Assembly (NCBI GenBank): GCA_028023455.1
Contig: JAQFVV010000006.1
Span: 18,786,001-18,850,000, forward strand
Direction of reading: 5' to 3'
Origin: Epiperipatus broadwayi
Taxonomy: Eukaryota > Animalia > Onychophora
Length of the DNA: 64,000 nt
Below, piece by piece: positions 25,572 through 37,800 of the stretch; within the stretch, counting starts at the first letter, position 1; the number at the start of each line of letters is the position of its first letter. The notes beneath the pieces were generated by a model. It was given only the letters and a program-made list of their open reading frames with translations, had not been told where the DNA came from and made no database searches. The translations under genes and the position numbers were made by a program.

Positions 25572-27598
25572 TGTAACCGGATCACCTGCCAACCTATCTA
25601 ATCGGTTGTAACAATTTCCTGATAAGCATATTGCAGGACAGAAACAAATATTGGCATTCCCCAATGTTTATTTTGCCACCCTACAACAATATTTTCTGTT
25701 CATCAGAAGATGTAGCATTAAAAAGACTGGAAACATCTAAAAAAAATTTTTGTTTGGTTTCCCAAACAGTGCCACTAGAGTTCCAGCTTACCACAACCTT
25801 ATTTACTTATTCAGGTCTGGTTATGCTGAACATAGCTCAGGAGGCGTGAGATTCTTGTGAACAATTGCAATAAATGATGAGTGATGTGAAATGAAACTGA
25901 CCAGATAGATTAGTTTTAGATAACAATGATTTATTTATTTGACAACAAAAGTTATTGACAGTTCATCTTTGGATTTACATTTAATCATTCTTTTCATAAT
26001 CATCGATGATTGATGCAATAAGTCCTTCAACTATAAGTTCTGTACAAAATATTCATCCTTGATTGTAGTATCTAGATGTAAATCTCGGTCATTCATCTGT
26101 GATCCAGGTATGTGGATATAAATTCAAGTCATTCATCTTTGATCCAGGTATGTGGATATAAATTCAAGTCATTCATCTTTGATCCAGGTATCTGGTTGTA
26201 AATTCAAGTCATTCACTTATATTAAAATATTAATTCTCTAATTCAGATCTGTAGATTTAAATCATTCATTTACAATTTCATCTTTAATCCAGACATATGG
26301 ATGCAGGTTCAAGTCATTCATTTATATTAAAAGATTAATTCTCTAATTCACGTTTGTAGATTTGAGTTATTCATTTGTTTAATTCATCTTTGATACAGGT
26401 GTATATTTGAAATAGAAACACATATATTCAATTTAATTTTTACATAGAAGTATTTTTAATCTGTATATTATAAAGGCATATCTAATCCCTATTCATATTT
26501 GAAGTAGAAACATATTTCAATTTAATTTTTCTATCGAAGCATTACAAATCCTGTATTCACATATATATAAATACATCTTTGATTTAACTCACATATTATT
26601 ATATTTTTCATTTATTTTTAGATCAATATTTTTAAGTTCTTATAATCAGTATAATTAATTTTTAAAAGCATTATTTTTTAAAACTTTATTTTCTTATGTT
26701 TCATTTGAATAGTTGTATTTTATTTTATGCGTTAATTATTTCAACAAATATGTTTTCAAAATATATTTAAATATTATAAATGTATCTAAATTTTCCTTAC
26801 CTTGATATTTAAATCTTCACATCAAGAAGGGGTTTAATTGGGCTGAATGGCATACTGAGTTACTGCTGCTCAATTGGGCATGTTTTCTGATTTTCCTGGG
26901 CTTTTCACATGGTTGGAGAGAGAAGAACTGCTTTCTACTCACTCATACTGGAGTTTTCCAAATTAGTAATCTGCTTTTCCATTATTCAGTTATCCAGTAA
27001 CTAAAAAGTTTTTTTCTGTTGATGATAACTGTGGTTTCCAACTTCGTTATTTTAGAATTCCAAAAAGTAACAAATTGCGTAGCAATGACTACAATTGTCA
27101 ACATGTCTCCATCCTAATAACTGATTGTATTGTCACTGTAACTTTTCTAACTGTAACTGACTTATCTAATTAAGCAGCTCCTTTTATTTTTTCTGCTTCC
27201 CCCATTTTTTCATCTACCAACATGTTTTTAAAAAAAACACCTGATTAAAAGCTCAAGGCAAGAAGTTGACGTATCTTTAAGTGTTTTTACATTTAAATCT
27301 GAAGACATATAGCTCCAAAATAAATCGCATCTGTAATATTTTAAATTGAAGATTTATCATTTAATGATAAAGATTTATTGATTAAATGCTTCTTTTATAT
27401 TTTCTTTATTTTACCCTTTTTTTTTTATTTGTTTTTTTAACACAATTGGAAAAGGGATTTTAATTCAGTGTCATTTGCTTCTTTATTTACATTTTTAATT
27501 TACTGAACCTCATCAGTTTTATTTTTAATTTTAACTACTTTAACTGGGAGAGAAAGAAATCTTTAAAATATGTATGTGAAACAACGTGTCTGTTTTCA
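25572..27598. mobile_element. Unclassified 2-kb TG...CA insertion in a (TA)n tract (solo LTR?)
   Basis: TATATAT|TGTAACC...GTTTTCA|TATATAT. It lies inside the reconstructed LTR. No recognisable ORF. Confidence 0.35.
26088..26400. repeat. 40-bp tandem repeat (3 units) grading into ~105-bp higher-order units
   Basis: GTCATTCATCT(G/T)TGATCCAGGTATGTGGATATAAATTCAA at 26088, 26128 and 26168, followed by two longer derived units. Confidence 0.9.
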
Positions 27599-27706
27599 TA
27601 TATATCATCAAAATGTAAACATTAAAAGCCTAAAACTAAACTAATCAATAAATAATCAAAATTACCCCAAATTCATAATTCAATCAGATTAGCCAAAAAA
27701 ATATAA

Positions 27707-27750
27707 ACACAACCAATAGTTTCACTGCTACAAGCAGATTTCTCAGGTGT
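27707..27750 (-). ncRNA. Variant minimal hammerhead-like motif in PLE left arm
   Basis: ACAC CUGAGA AAU CUGCU UGU AGCAG U GAAA CUAUUG GUU^GUGU. Stems I (4 bp) and II (5 bp) pair, but the core lacks N7. Confidence 0.4.
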
Positions 27751-28895
27751 AAAGAAGTTGTTCTTAGATAACAACATATTTAAACTAAACATTACTCACA
27801 ATTCACTTATATTCCTTACACCCTTAATTTTAAAAGAACTTTTAAATAAGGTAATTGCTTCAGAATATAGATTTTTAATAATAAAGATTTTTAAATTTTT
27901 CTTTTTATTTCATTTCTCTCACCTTAACCTCATCAAAATTAATAATGTGGCCTATATATTTTTCATGGATATATAAAGCAGAACTAGGATTATTATTTCA
28001 ACCCTACTTTTATGTAGCTCTATTTTTTCATTTAAGCTCTAACTACTCTAACGTATATATACCTTCTTATAAAAACAAGGAATAATATATACTATTCCAG
28101 GAATAGTCTTTCTATCAAAATTTCCTTTGTATTATTTAATAAATTATTCAAAGTAATACCCCTTTTTCAAGCAAATTTTGTTATTTCCAAACAAATTACT
28201 ATTTTTATATATAATTGTATAAGAAGACAATTTAAAGGGCTAAGAAATAAAATACTTTTAGCAAATTTATCAGAGTAACCAACACTCATATAATCTCTAT
28301 AAAATTGACTTTTTTGAAACAAAGTTACCCATTATAATTATTTAATCTCTTATTTCTATAATAATAATTTCTCAAAGCAGCTACTTTATGAGATACAGAT
28401 TGATAGCTATCAGATTTAATTAACCTTAACTCTTTATTCTTAACATAATGATTAGAAACATAAAGAATAACTGTTGGTTTGTAGCCGTTATATTAAGTGT
28501 AACGAATTAAGATCTATAATTAAAACTGGTAGCTATCAATCTGTATCTCATAAAGTAGCTGCTTTAATTAAGGAATTATTGTTATAGAAATAAGAGATTA
28601 AATAATTTTAATTAGGTAGCTTTGATTCAAAAAGATTAATTTTATAGAGATTTTCTGAGTGCTAGCTACTCTGATAAATTTGTTAAAAGTATTTTATTTA
28701 ATAATAATAATATTTGTAATAAAGGATAAATAAAAATATGATTTTATTTCTTTGCGTTTTAAATTGTCTTCTTATAGAAATGCATGTAAAAATAGTATTT
28801 TGTTTTGAAAAAAGAAAATTGCTTGGAAAGGGTGTATTACTCTGAGTAATTCATTAAATAATACAAAGGAAATTTTTGATAAAAAGTCTATTTCT

Positions 28896-29126
28896 GGAGT
28901 AGTATATATTACTCCTTGTTTTTGTAATAAGGTCTATATAAGTCGGAGTAGTTTGAACTTAAATGAAAGAATAAAGATACATAAAAGTAGGTTTAGAAAC
29001 AAATATAGTTCTGCTTTATATATCCATGAAAAAGATACAGGTCACACTATTAATTTTGATGAGTCTAAGGTTGTCATCTTTGAGAGAAATGAAATGGAAA
29101 GAAGAATTAAAGAATCTTTATTATAA
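28896..29126 (+). pseudogene. Penelope GIY-YIG endonuclease domain (right arm)
   Basis: Stop-free GVVYITPCFCNKVYISRSSLNLNERIKIHK...SALYIHEKDTGHTINFDESKVVIFERNEMERRIKESLL*. The left arm reads GIVYIIPC..KVYI. Confidence 0.88.
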
Positions 29127-29239
29127 AAAATTTATGATTCTGAAGCAATTAACTTATTTAAAAGTTATTTTAATATTAAGGGTATTTGGGATATAAGTGG
29201 AATGTTTAGTTTAAATATATTGTTATTTTGTAGTTTTTT

Positions 29240-29282
29240 ACACTTGGGAAGTCTGCTTGTAGCAATGAAATCATTGGTTGTC
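29240..29282 (+). ncRNA. Degenerate hammerhead-like motif in PLE right arm
   Basis: ACAC UUGGGA AGU CUGCU UGU AGCAA U GAAA UCAUUG GUU GUC; a mutated counterpart of 27707-27750. Confidence 0.25.
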
Positions 29283-29989
29283 TTTTAGAGTTTATATTTT
29301 TTTGGCTAATCTGATTGAGTTGTGAATTTGGGATAATTTTGATTATATATATATGTTAGGAATAGCAATCATAAACTTTGGCAGTTATCCTATCACAAAT
29401 ATCTAGACAATCAGCTGTTACTCTAATATACAAATCATACTTGTAAATATTATACTGTCTTACCCTTCATTACGCACTCATGAATCTTAGCAGAAATTTT
29501 TTATACAAAAGTTCAGTTATGCATAATTGTTCTCTTAATAATGTTTTTCTATAAGTTATTGTCTATTATTCAATATAATAGTTGTTCTAATAAACTATCA
29601 ATTAGCTCTAGGCCACAGTCACAATCCTTTGATGATGTCATTAGTGCTATATCATAGTCTTGATATTTTTCACAAAGTAGTTGCTCTTTACTCCTCGAGG
29701 TCATTTGTGCCATCCATTTAGTTATTGCAGTGGTGAAATAAACATTTAGTTTTTCCCAGTCATAATATGAAATTTCTTTAGGTGTCCTGGGTCACAGAGT
29801 TGATTCACTAATTTCACTATATCTTTTTCCAAAAACCACATAAATATAGACACTTATTTTAATATCCTCAAATTTTATTTATGAGCATATATCTTTCAAT
29901 GTGGTCCACATGACCCTTCCATAATCAACATTATCCATATCAAATGCACAAATGTTGCTGCTTAATGATGCTATTTTTTTTGTTCAGTA

Positions 29990-31272
29990 GGTGCTTGTCT
30001 TATAGATAAAAATGCCGTTGGATGGCGCTGTTTTCATGCTAAAACTATAAAATATGACCATTCACGTGCCGTTGATTATAATAATTTTGCTGTGCTTTTT
30101 TGTAATGCGAAAATAAAAACAAAACAAAATCATCTTTAATAAATATTATTTTTTATTAATGTATACAATTTAAATGATAATAATAAATGTAAAATAAAAT
30201 AAACAAATTACAATTTGATTCGTGTTTTTTCTATCGTATATTTTTTTATTTGTGTTACGGCTTTTTTTTTATCAATTTTCTATAGGATGTTTTTTTACTT
30301 GTGTTACGACTTTTTTTTTGTTGTTTAACTAAAAAATAATAATCGTAATAAAAAGTAAAATTTCTTAGTCTTATTTTTTATTTTTTTAGTCTTCGTTTTA
30401 CTTTTTTTTTTTTTTTTACAGACAAAGAGATATTACGGCTATTTTTTACTTCAAATAGAATGACAATAAAAAGTAAAAGTTGTTACAGTTAGGTTTAGGG
30501 TTAGTTTTAGGGTTAGGTTTAGGGTTAGTTTTAGGGTTAGGGTTAGTTTTAGGGTTAGTGTTCTGTTGTTTGTAATACTAAAATAAAATAATTCAAAATC
30601 GTAAACGTACTCGGACAAAAGAAAGAAACTCAAACTTTTTTAAACAACAACAAACACATATAAATGTCTTCTTTACTTATTAAACATGTTTATAATATTT
30701 GCTTTTTATGAAATTTACAAAAAATCGTGTATATTTGTACTTTTCTTACTGGATATTTTTTTGGTACCGCTCTATTTTTAATTCAAAAATATACACATGG
30801 TAGAATCTTCTTTGTCTCGTGGAATGTTACAAACAGTACGTTACTTGATGTGTTACCTAATGGCAACTCACTAAAAACATAGATATTTAACATTTTCCCA
30901 ATTAAAACTTCAACAGAGTACGTTGTAAAAAATCTGAGAAGTATTACTTTAAAAATTCTGAACATTTCAATACTTTAAAATAAAAAAAAATCCAATGAAA
31001 ACAACATTTCCATCCAATTCAAATACAAAAAACTCTCTTATCAAGCCATAACTATTTTATAAACTGTGTGAATTCGGAAAATGTATTTTCTGCGATGTGA
31101 CATACATGCTGTACTGCGACGCGACATAGCGGCCTGCATTCTGTAGCACAACAAAAAAGTTGTATTATAGAAAAGTGGGTTCGAACGTGTCAGCCGCGGA
31201 AACAGCATTTTTATGTGTTTTAGCGCGAAAACCGCGACATAGAGCGGCGTCTTTAGCTATAAGATGAGTACC
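29990..31272. mobile_element. Non-autonomous TIR DNA transposon, 1283 bp, superfamily unassigned
   Basis: 56-bp imperfect TIRs, GGTGCTTGTCTTATAG...GCTAAAAC vs GGTACTCATCTTATAG...GCTAAAAC (43/56 identical). Absent from sister gag copy 1. TSD ambiguous (AGTA left, AGTC right). Confidence 0.8.
30489..30560 (+). repeat. Telomere-like hexamer array TTAG(GG/GT/TT) x12
   Basis: 12 in-register hexamers, 6 of them perfect TTAGGG, mostly alternating with TTAGTT or TTAGGT. Confidence 0.95.
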
Positions 31273-31449
31273 AGTCAATCCCATGCAGATTTATATCAAC
31301 TCTATTTTGCTATGTTTCATAGGATTTTTTGTGAGCTGTCAACTATGCCATTCTGCTATGAGCTTCAGGTCTCCTATCAACTGCAGCCATTTTGTTATGT
31401 TCCGAGAGTATTAATATATTAATACTATTCAAGAGAGCATCAGTAACTT

Positions 31450-34400
31450 TTAAATAAGTTTAAAGACAACTTTATGGTAACAAGATAAATTTATTTAACA
31501 TAAATAATAAAATAGGAAAAGAATAAAGAGTATAATATGATTAGAATTTTCATTAAAAATCTAAATATGATATTAATAAGCTTCTGTATGTATGTGTCAG
31601 TTTCTATTCATGCTCAGTAGATAAATACAGGGCTTTTTTGTCATGTAATGCAGTGGAACAGCATTCCAGCACCTTTTTAAGTGTATTTTTAATATTTCAA
31701 ACATACTTAGATGAAATGGTATCTCACGTACATAATTACAATCCATATTTATGTAATTTGAACAAATAAAAAATATGGTATTTTATGAATCAGATGAAAT
31801 ATGGATGAATTTGAAATTGGTGCTCATGTAGTGAGAAGTGTACTCATCCATGTCACCATTGGGCATTCATGGTCGATGACTGTTTACAGCGACACATGTG
31901 CAGCCAATAATGTCTGATGTTTGTGATTGAATGCACCTGCATAATAATGTGTGGAATATTTAATTTCTTTATCCTTATGTAAATTTGACATAGTTATTTT
32001 TATTTTATTTATTTTTTTAGTGTAAAAATTTACTCCCATGTTTAAAAATGAAAACATTTCCAGTTAACTTTTTGACCGTCGGTCCCACTGGTAAAAGTTT
32101 CAAAACAACAACAAAAAATATGGTAATATTTTTGCAAGTTGATGTTCCTGAATCATCTCAAGCAGATCTTGAGGTGCAATGCCGAACTCAAAATGATCAG
32201 CCAGATAAAAAAAAAATATTTTTGCTCAAAAAATGAATGATTGAACATATACAAAATGAAACTTGACTGCACACCTTGCAGAAATGTTAGAATTCTTGGA
32301 ACTGAAGCGACGATGGGAATGAAATTTCCAAAGAATTGGCCACAATGAAATCACCTATTCTGGGAAATATAGGAAGTTACAATTGAGCTCACTTCGAAAA
32401 AAATTTTTGATCATAGAGGATCTGCTGCACACAAAGTAGCATTAAAAATTATTTTTGAAGCTGAAATAAAGAAGATTGGAAACATTTTTTTAAAAATCAT
32501 TATCTCACAAAAAAATAATAGCAGCAATTTTTTTTCGAACTGCATATAAAGTAGCAAAAGAAAATCAATCATTCTCTACTTTTAAAAGTAAATTGATCTG
32601 CAAGAACTGAATGGAATGGAAATGGCTCATATGCTTAATATCATGAATCATGTAAGTAATAAAATGTATTTAAAGAAATTGTTCAATCGAAAAATATAAT
32701 TTCATTGATAATTGATGAATCAATTACTATAAGCAAAAAAAAAAAAAAACACACATATTGTGTTTGTTGGATGCTGTATCGAAAGGGTTGAAATGAATTC
32801 ACCAATTAATTTGTTTTTAGACTTGATCAAACTTGAAAACATAACAGCAAAAGGAATATTTGAATCCTTACTCCAAAGTCTTGAATTTTACGGGATGACC
32901 TAAGATTATTTTAAAAATATTTAATTTTGGTAGCATGCGAAAATGCTGCTATTATGTTAGGGTGTAAAAATGGAGTGAAAGAATTGCTGTCGCAAAAATT
33001 TCCTTCCATTCTAGTTTGACATTGAGCTAATCATAGATGAGAATTATCAGTAAGTGATCAGAAATCAATCGATTTAAATCATTTATTGATAAACTTTATG
33101 TTTTAAATCATGCATCATCGAAAAATAATAGAGAGTTACATAAATGTGCATATTCACTGGGTATTGAGCTGCTAAAAATTGGATGAGTTTTAAGTATTAA
33201 ATGTGTTGTTTTGAAGAAATATAAATGATAAATGTTTTTATTGGATCTAGCATTGATGTGGGATCCTCTCCAAGAATTATTAGAACTATGCTTGGATCTA
33301 CAAGATCACAATGTGAACCTTTACATTGCAAATTGAAAGATAATTATACTATTTTGAAGAAAATAGAATTTTGAACCCTTTTATAAATGTACTGTAGCTG
33401 TTGTACATGATCTGCATTTTTGTGGAGTTTCACTTCATGCAAAAGTTTTCCAAAATCCTCCTCCTATTGACTTGAAAACATTTTATACCACATTGAAAGA
33501 GTCAATTGAAAAAAGGATGCTAGATAGCAAAGATGTTGAGTTTGCACTTTGGGCTTGCATACTTGACCAAAATTATTGGACTGAAGATATTGATATTTGG
33601 TTGACATTTGGAGAGATGGAAATTAGAAACATGTCAATCAGAATACAACTAAACAAATGAGAAATGATTCTTGGATTTCGTGAATACATTCTTGAAAAGA
33701 AATATCCTGAAACACTATTGTGTTTGATATATCCTCTGAATTTTATTTCCATTTCTTCAAGTGAATGTGCATATGGGTTTTCACAAATGAATCTAATTAT
33801 TACCCCAATAAGATCTTCAATGAAAATCAAAACAGTTTTGGCACTTTTGTTCATCAAACTCATCAGGCCACCTTTGACACTTTTCGATCCTTCAAAATAT
33901 GTTGATCTGTGGTTACTCAGAGGACAAGAAAATGAATCGTGAGAATTGGACAAAACATTGGAAATCACTATAAACTTTTATTCAATAATATAAAGTTTTA
34001 CAATTTCATTTTATATTTAGTTATCAGTTGTATATTTGTATTTGTTTATTCAACTTTAGATTTGACATGTCTAAAATAAAACAATTATAATAACTTTTGT
34101 TTAATTTTTTTATTTGCTTCATAGCATTGGAAAAGCTGCTTTAAATTTTGTTTAATGATATTTGAATATAATTTTCTTCAGTAAAAATATTGACAAGAAG
34201 TGCATTCAGACATCTTTTTTTATTTAAAAAAAAGCCCTGGATAAATATAATCTATCGCAGTGTATCTTAATTGTAGAAAGTTCTTCACACATCCATTTGG
34301 GTGTAAGTGCAATATATATAGAAATAAAATCTGTTAATTAAAAATATATACGTATGTTAGGAAGAGCAATCCTAAACTTTGGCAGTTATCATATCACCAT

Positions 34401-34522
34401 TAGACAATCAGCTGTTACTGTAATATGCAAATCCTACTTGTAATTATAGTCTTTCCTTTCACTTCATGAATCTTAGCAGGAATTTTTGTATACTAAAGTC
34501 CATTTATGCATAATTGTCCTCA
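31450..34522 (-). mobile_element. Inferred 5' LTR (~450 bp), interrupted by the hAT at 31628-34239
   Basis: 31450-31627 plus 34248-34522 is collinear with the split LTR pieces at 23480-29534. Confidence 0.6.
31628..34239 (+). mobile_element. Full-length decayed hAT transposon (KIAA1586/ZNF862-like transposase)
   Basis: Perfect 12-bp TIR CAGGGCTTTTTT and perfect 8-bp TSD GATAAATA (31620-31627 and 34240-34247). Motifs FRTAYKVAKENQSF, DLQELNG, ACDNAAIMLGCKNGV and ISSSECAYGFSQMNLIITPIRSS..LFIKL..PPL (hAT dimerisation region). Multiple frameshifts. Confidence 0.95.
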
Positions 34523-34768
34523 TTTGCTTAGTTTATATGATTGGCATATGGAGATTTTTTTTACAGTAGCTTAATATTATTAATGACATAATTTATTTAT
34601 GTACTGTCTGCAAGTATTTGCACAGTAAAATAGTAATCTTTATGTGTATATGTATTACAGTCCAAAAACATTGATAAATATTGTTTTAAAAAATGTTTTT
34701 ATAACTTTGTTACTATAATATTTGTAGAATAATATACTAAATACTTTTTTGTCTTTCTTCCTTTTTAG

Positions 34769-34892
34769 ATTTGATAGTGAATTAGCCAAAGTTTACGATG
34801 AAGTCAAGCAGGAAAAACATAATAAAGAAAAGTGTCAGAGAGAAAGAGATTCAATTTTGTCAGAAAAATATACATTGGAACATGAACTAGAG
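34769..34892 (+). CDS. Myo18A: Myosin-XVIII exon (third in window)
   Basis: Polypyrimidine tract CTTTTTAG|A TTT GAT...CTA GAG|GTAAGA, 124 nt, phase 2 to 0. Encodes FDSELAKVYDEVKQEKHNKEKCQRERDSILSEKYTLEHELE, cf. human [32 protein letters not shown]. Confidence 0.9.
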
Positions 34893-37800
34893 GTAAGACA
34901 TTGATTATGATTTACTTTTTTATCAAATATTTTGTTATAATCGTGTTAACTCTATTTTCATAAAATTCCATGCTAGACAACAATATTCTGGTATATCCCT
35001 TGGTCCTGAGTTTGCTGTAATTTGAAATAACTTTATAATAATATCAAAATAGAAATTTAAAAAGGCTTATTCATTAAATTAAGTATCAACTCGATTAACC
35101 TTTCTGTGCTTTACTTTAACTATTTTGTTATCATCTCTGTGGTCTTTGCTATTTAGCATATTTTATCACTATTATTTTAGAAGCCATTTCTAAGATTAAA
35201 GCATAAAATCATAATTTCTTGCAATTTTGTCCAAATTTAAATTAGTGGCAAAATATCAATACTCAACTTTTATGAATTACTTGTCTTTTTTCTACATTAA
35301 AATATCATTACTAACAATAAGTTAATGTTATTTTGTTTGGAAAATTATAGATATAAGCAACAATACTTTTGGATCTTAGAAAAAGATAGATAATGCTATA
35401 TCTGGATTATTTTGCCTATAGTTTTTTTTATCTGTCTTAGATAACAAAGAATCACTTATATTACTAATTTATTAATTATCTGTAAATATTTATGTAAGTT
35501 ATATTTTTTAAATTCTTTACCCAAAGGTAGCTTGATTTAATTAGTCAATAAGGCAATACAATAAAATAACATCTAATTATCATCATTTAGCAGCCTTCTA
35601 CTGTTAGCTTCATTAAGTGAATCATCTTATGGTTTAGTACTACAAAATACTCACCTTCTGATTAGTTTCTAGCTTTTGCCTTTGTCACTTAAGATATGAA
35701 TTCAAAGCTGGAACTGATGATCTTATTCATTTAGCAGTTTTTACTCCTTTATATTATTCAAGTCAATACCTAAAATTAAAAAAAAAAAAAAACCCTGAAT
35801 ATGTAGACTCAAGCTGACTTGCTAACATACTTATATAGATTAAGGATCAGTATATATCAACAACAGTGTATGTTACTTTCTCATATAATTTCCAAGAGCA
35901 GACCTTTTCCTTCTATTGTAGAGCCATCTACTGTGAGCTCAAGAAGTGAATGGACAGCATAGTACTACGAAATAAATTAAGAATCAAAAACAAGTTTGGT
36001 CGTAGAACTATCATCTCCACACCACTGTCTGACTCTTATTACCTTTTACATTACTAAAGCTTACCGTAAATGATTATAGATCAGACTAAAGATGGAAGTA
36101 CATGAGGGTCATTTGATATTGTTGGTATGTAGCAGCGTGTCATTATTTAATAATTATGAAAATGAATGATTACAAATATATTTTTTTCTTTTTCATTCAT
36201 TACATCATAAAGTGCTACATTATTTTTAATATTTATAGATTGGTTAAATTGGTTTTATTTTAAAATTTACTAAAAGAATATTTTGTAAAATATGTAGCAG
36301 AGGAAAGAAATAAAGTTTTATTATTAACAAAATGCTATTTTTTTTATTCAATATTTTAACGATTGAAGAAAAAATCAATTTTAAAAAATGTAATACCAAC
36401 TAAGTTTTGATCATTTTCATTTTTGTATTCATAGTATTGATGATTCTCATAATTTTGGGACTTCTAAATTTTATCTAGGCAAATATTTATAAAATCAAAA
36501 AATATGTGAAAGGAAACTAAAAAATTGATTATTGAAAAACTGAGAGTTAGAAGTTATATACCCCTAAATTTTTTTACTCTAAATCTGTAGCCTAGTTAAG
36601 ACTTGTTTTACAAAGGCAAGTTTTTTGCAAAACATATTTCTGACTATCATGTATTAATAGAACTTTTTACTAATGACTGTTTAACATTTTTTTATATGAG
36701 AATCAACATGAATACTTTGAAAGAATCACTTTACTTGGATTATACTACTTTGATTGATAATATTGTCCATAAAAAAAAAAAAAAAATCTATTTTCCAAAG
36801 TTTTTTATGTAAGATTGGAATATTTTGAGACTGAGTTTTATCTTTTTGTAAAGAATATTCTTGGAGTTTCTTCTATAATATAAGGACTATTTTTTTCTCT
36901 ATATAAACTCTTTTTTTAAGATTAGGTTAATACTATTCCTTCTAGAAAATCCATTTAAGATATAAAATAGTTAAATTTTAGAATTATCTACTGTTTGCTT
37001 CACTTTGGAAATAATGCAGAAGTTTGTCAGCCAAACTAGATTAAATAAGATTATCACATGATTCTAGCTTCCATATTGCTGTTTCAGCATCACATTATTT
37101 TTCTTTCATCATAACTATGCCACTTATAGTAAGCTTTATTAACTAATAGATGCCAGATGATAGTGCTTAATAAATTTCTATGTTGATTCTAAATACCTAT
37201 ACTAGCCACAGGCTAATATAATAGGTTGATAGAAAAAAGTAAATAATATCTGCTAGAAGGAAGGTGCATTTGCAGTGTTCCAAGATCCAAAACACATCAA
37301 TAGTGAAAGATTTAATCTGAGGATATTGAATAAGTCAGTCCTGGATAAAGATTTAAGCATAATCATCTGACTTTTATTAGTTACTAAAGTTTACAGCAGA
37401 TGGCATAGTTGTAGTGAAAGTAAAAAGTATTTTTAGGTTCAGTGGGATACAGTATTATATTAACTTTTAATATGATATGGTTTGAGATTATACTTTTATA
37501 TTTAATCATTTGGAAAGCTAAAGAAAATAAAACCATGTCTTTTAATATATATGCACATAATTTAATTGATCTTAATTGTCATGAATAGTATTTATATTTT
37601 TGATCTTATATTAACAATAGGAAGAAAAATTTCAAAAAGTTTTCTTTTTTTAAAAAAAAAAAAACACCTGTATGCCTGGGGAAATTACCTGTTGGCTGCT
37701 TGTCTTAATAATTCAGTGGCACTTTTTTATTTTAATTCTTTTTAATTATCATATTATTTTGGCTTCAGCTGAATACGAGGTTTCCATATTATGTGACAAT

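Larger units (their letters stand above)
27654..29344. mobile_element. Penelope-like element fold-back: two inverted 3' fragments (arms ~27654-28423 and ~28517-29344, ~90-bp spacer)
   Basis: The arms are reverse complements along their length (e.g. AATCAGATTAGCCAAAAAAATATAAAC vs GTTTATATTTTTTTGGCTAATCTGATT). Both encode a GIY-YIG domain. Confidence 0.9.
23480..29534 (-). mobile_element. Inferred split LTR (~450 bp) in pieces 23480-23607, 25443-25557 and 29354-29534, shared between the two gag copies
   Basis: The three pieces match, in the same order, 31450-31575, 31576-31627 plus 34248-34311, and 34355-34522. Confidence 0.6.
29560..31440 (-). mobile_element. Mag-type gag fragment, copy 2 (interrupted by 29990-31272)
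   Basis: 29560-29970 aligns with ~22930-23330, and 31273-31440 aligns with ~23341-23470. Confidence 0.8.
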
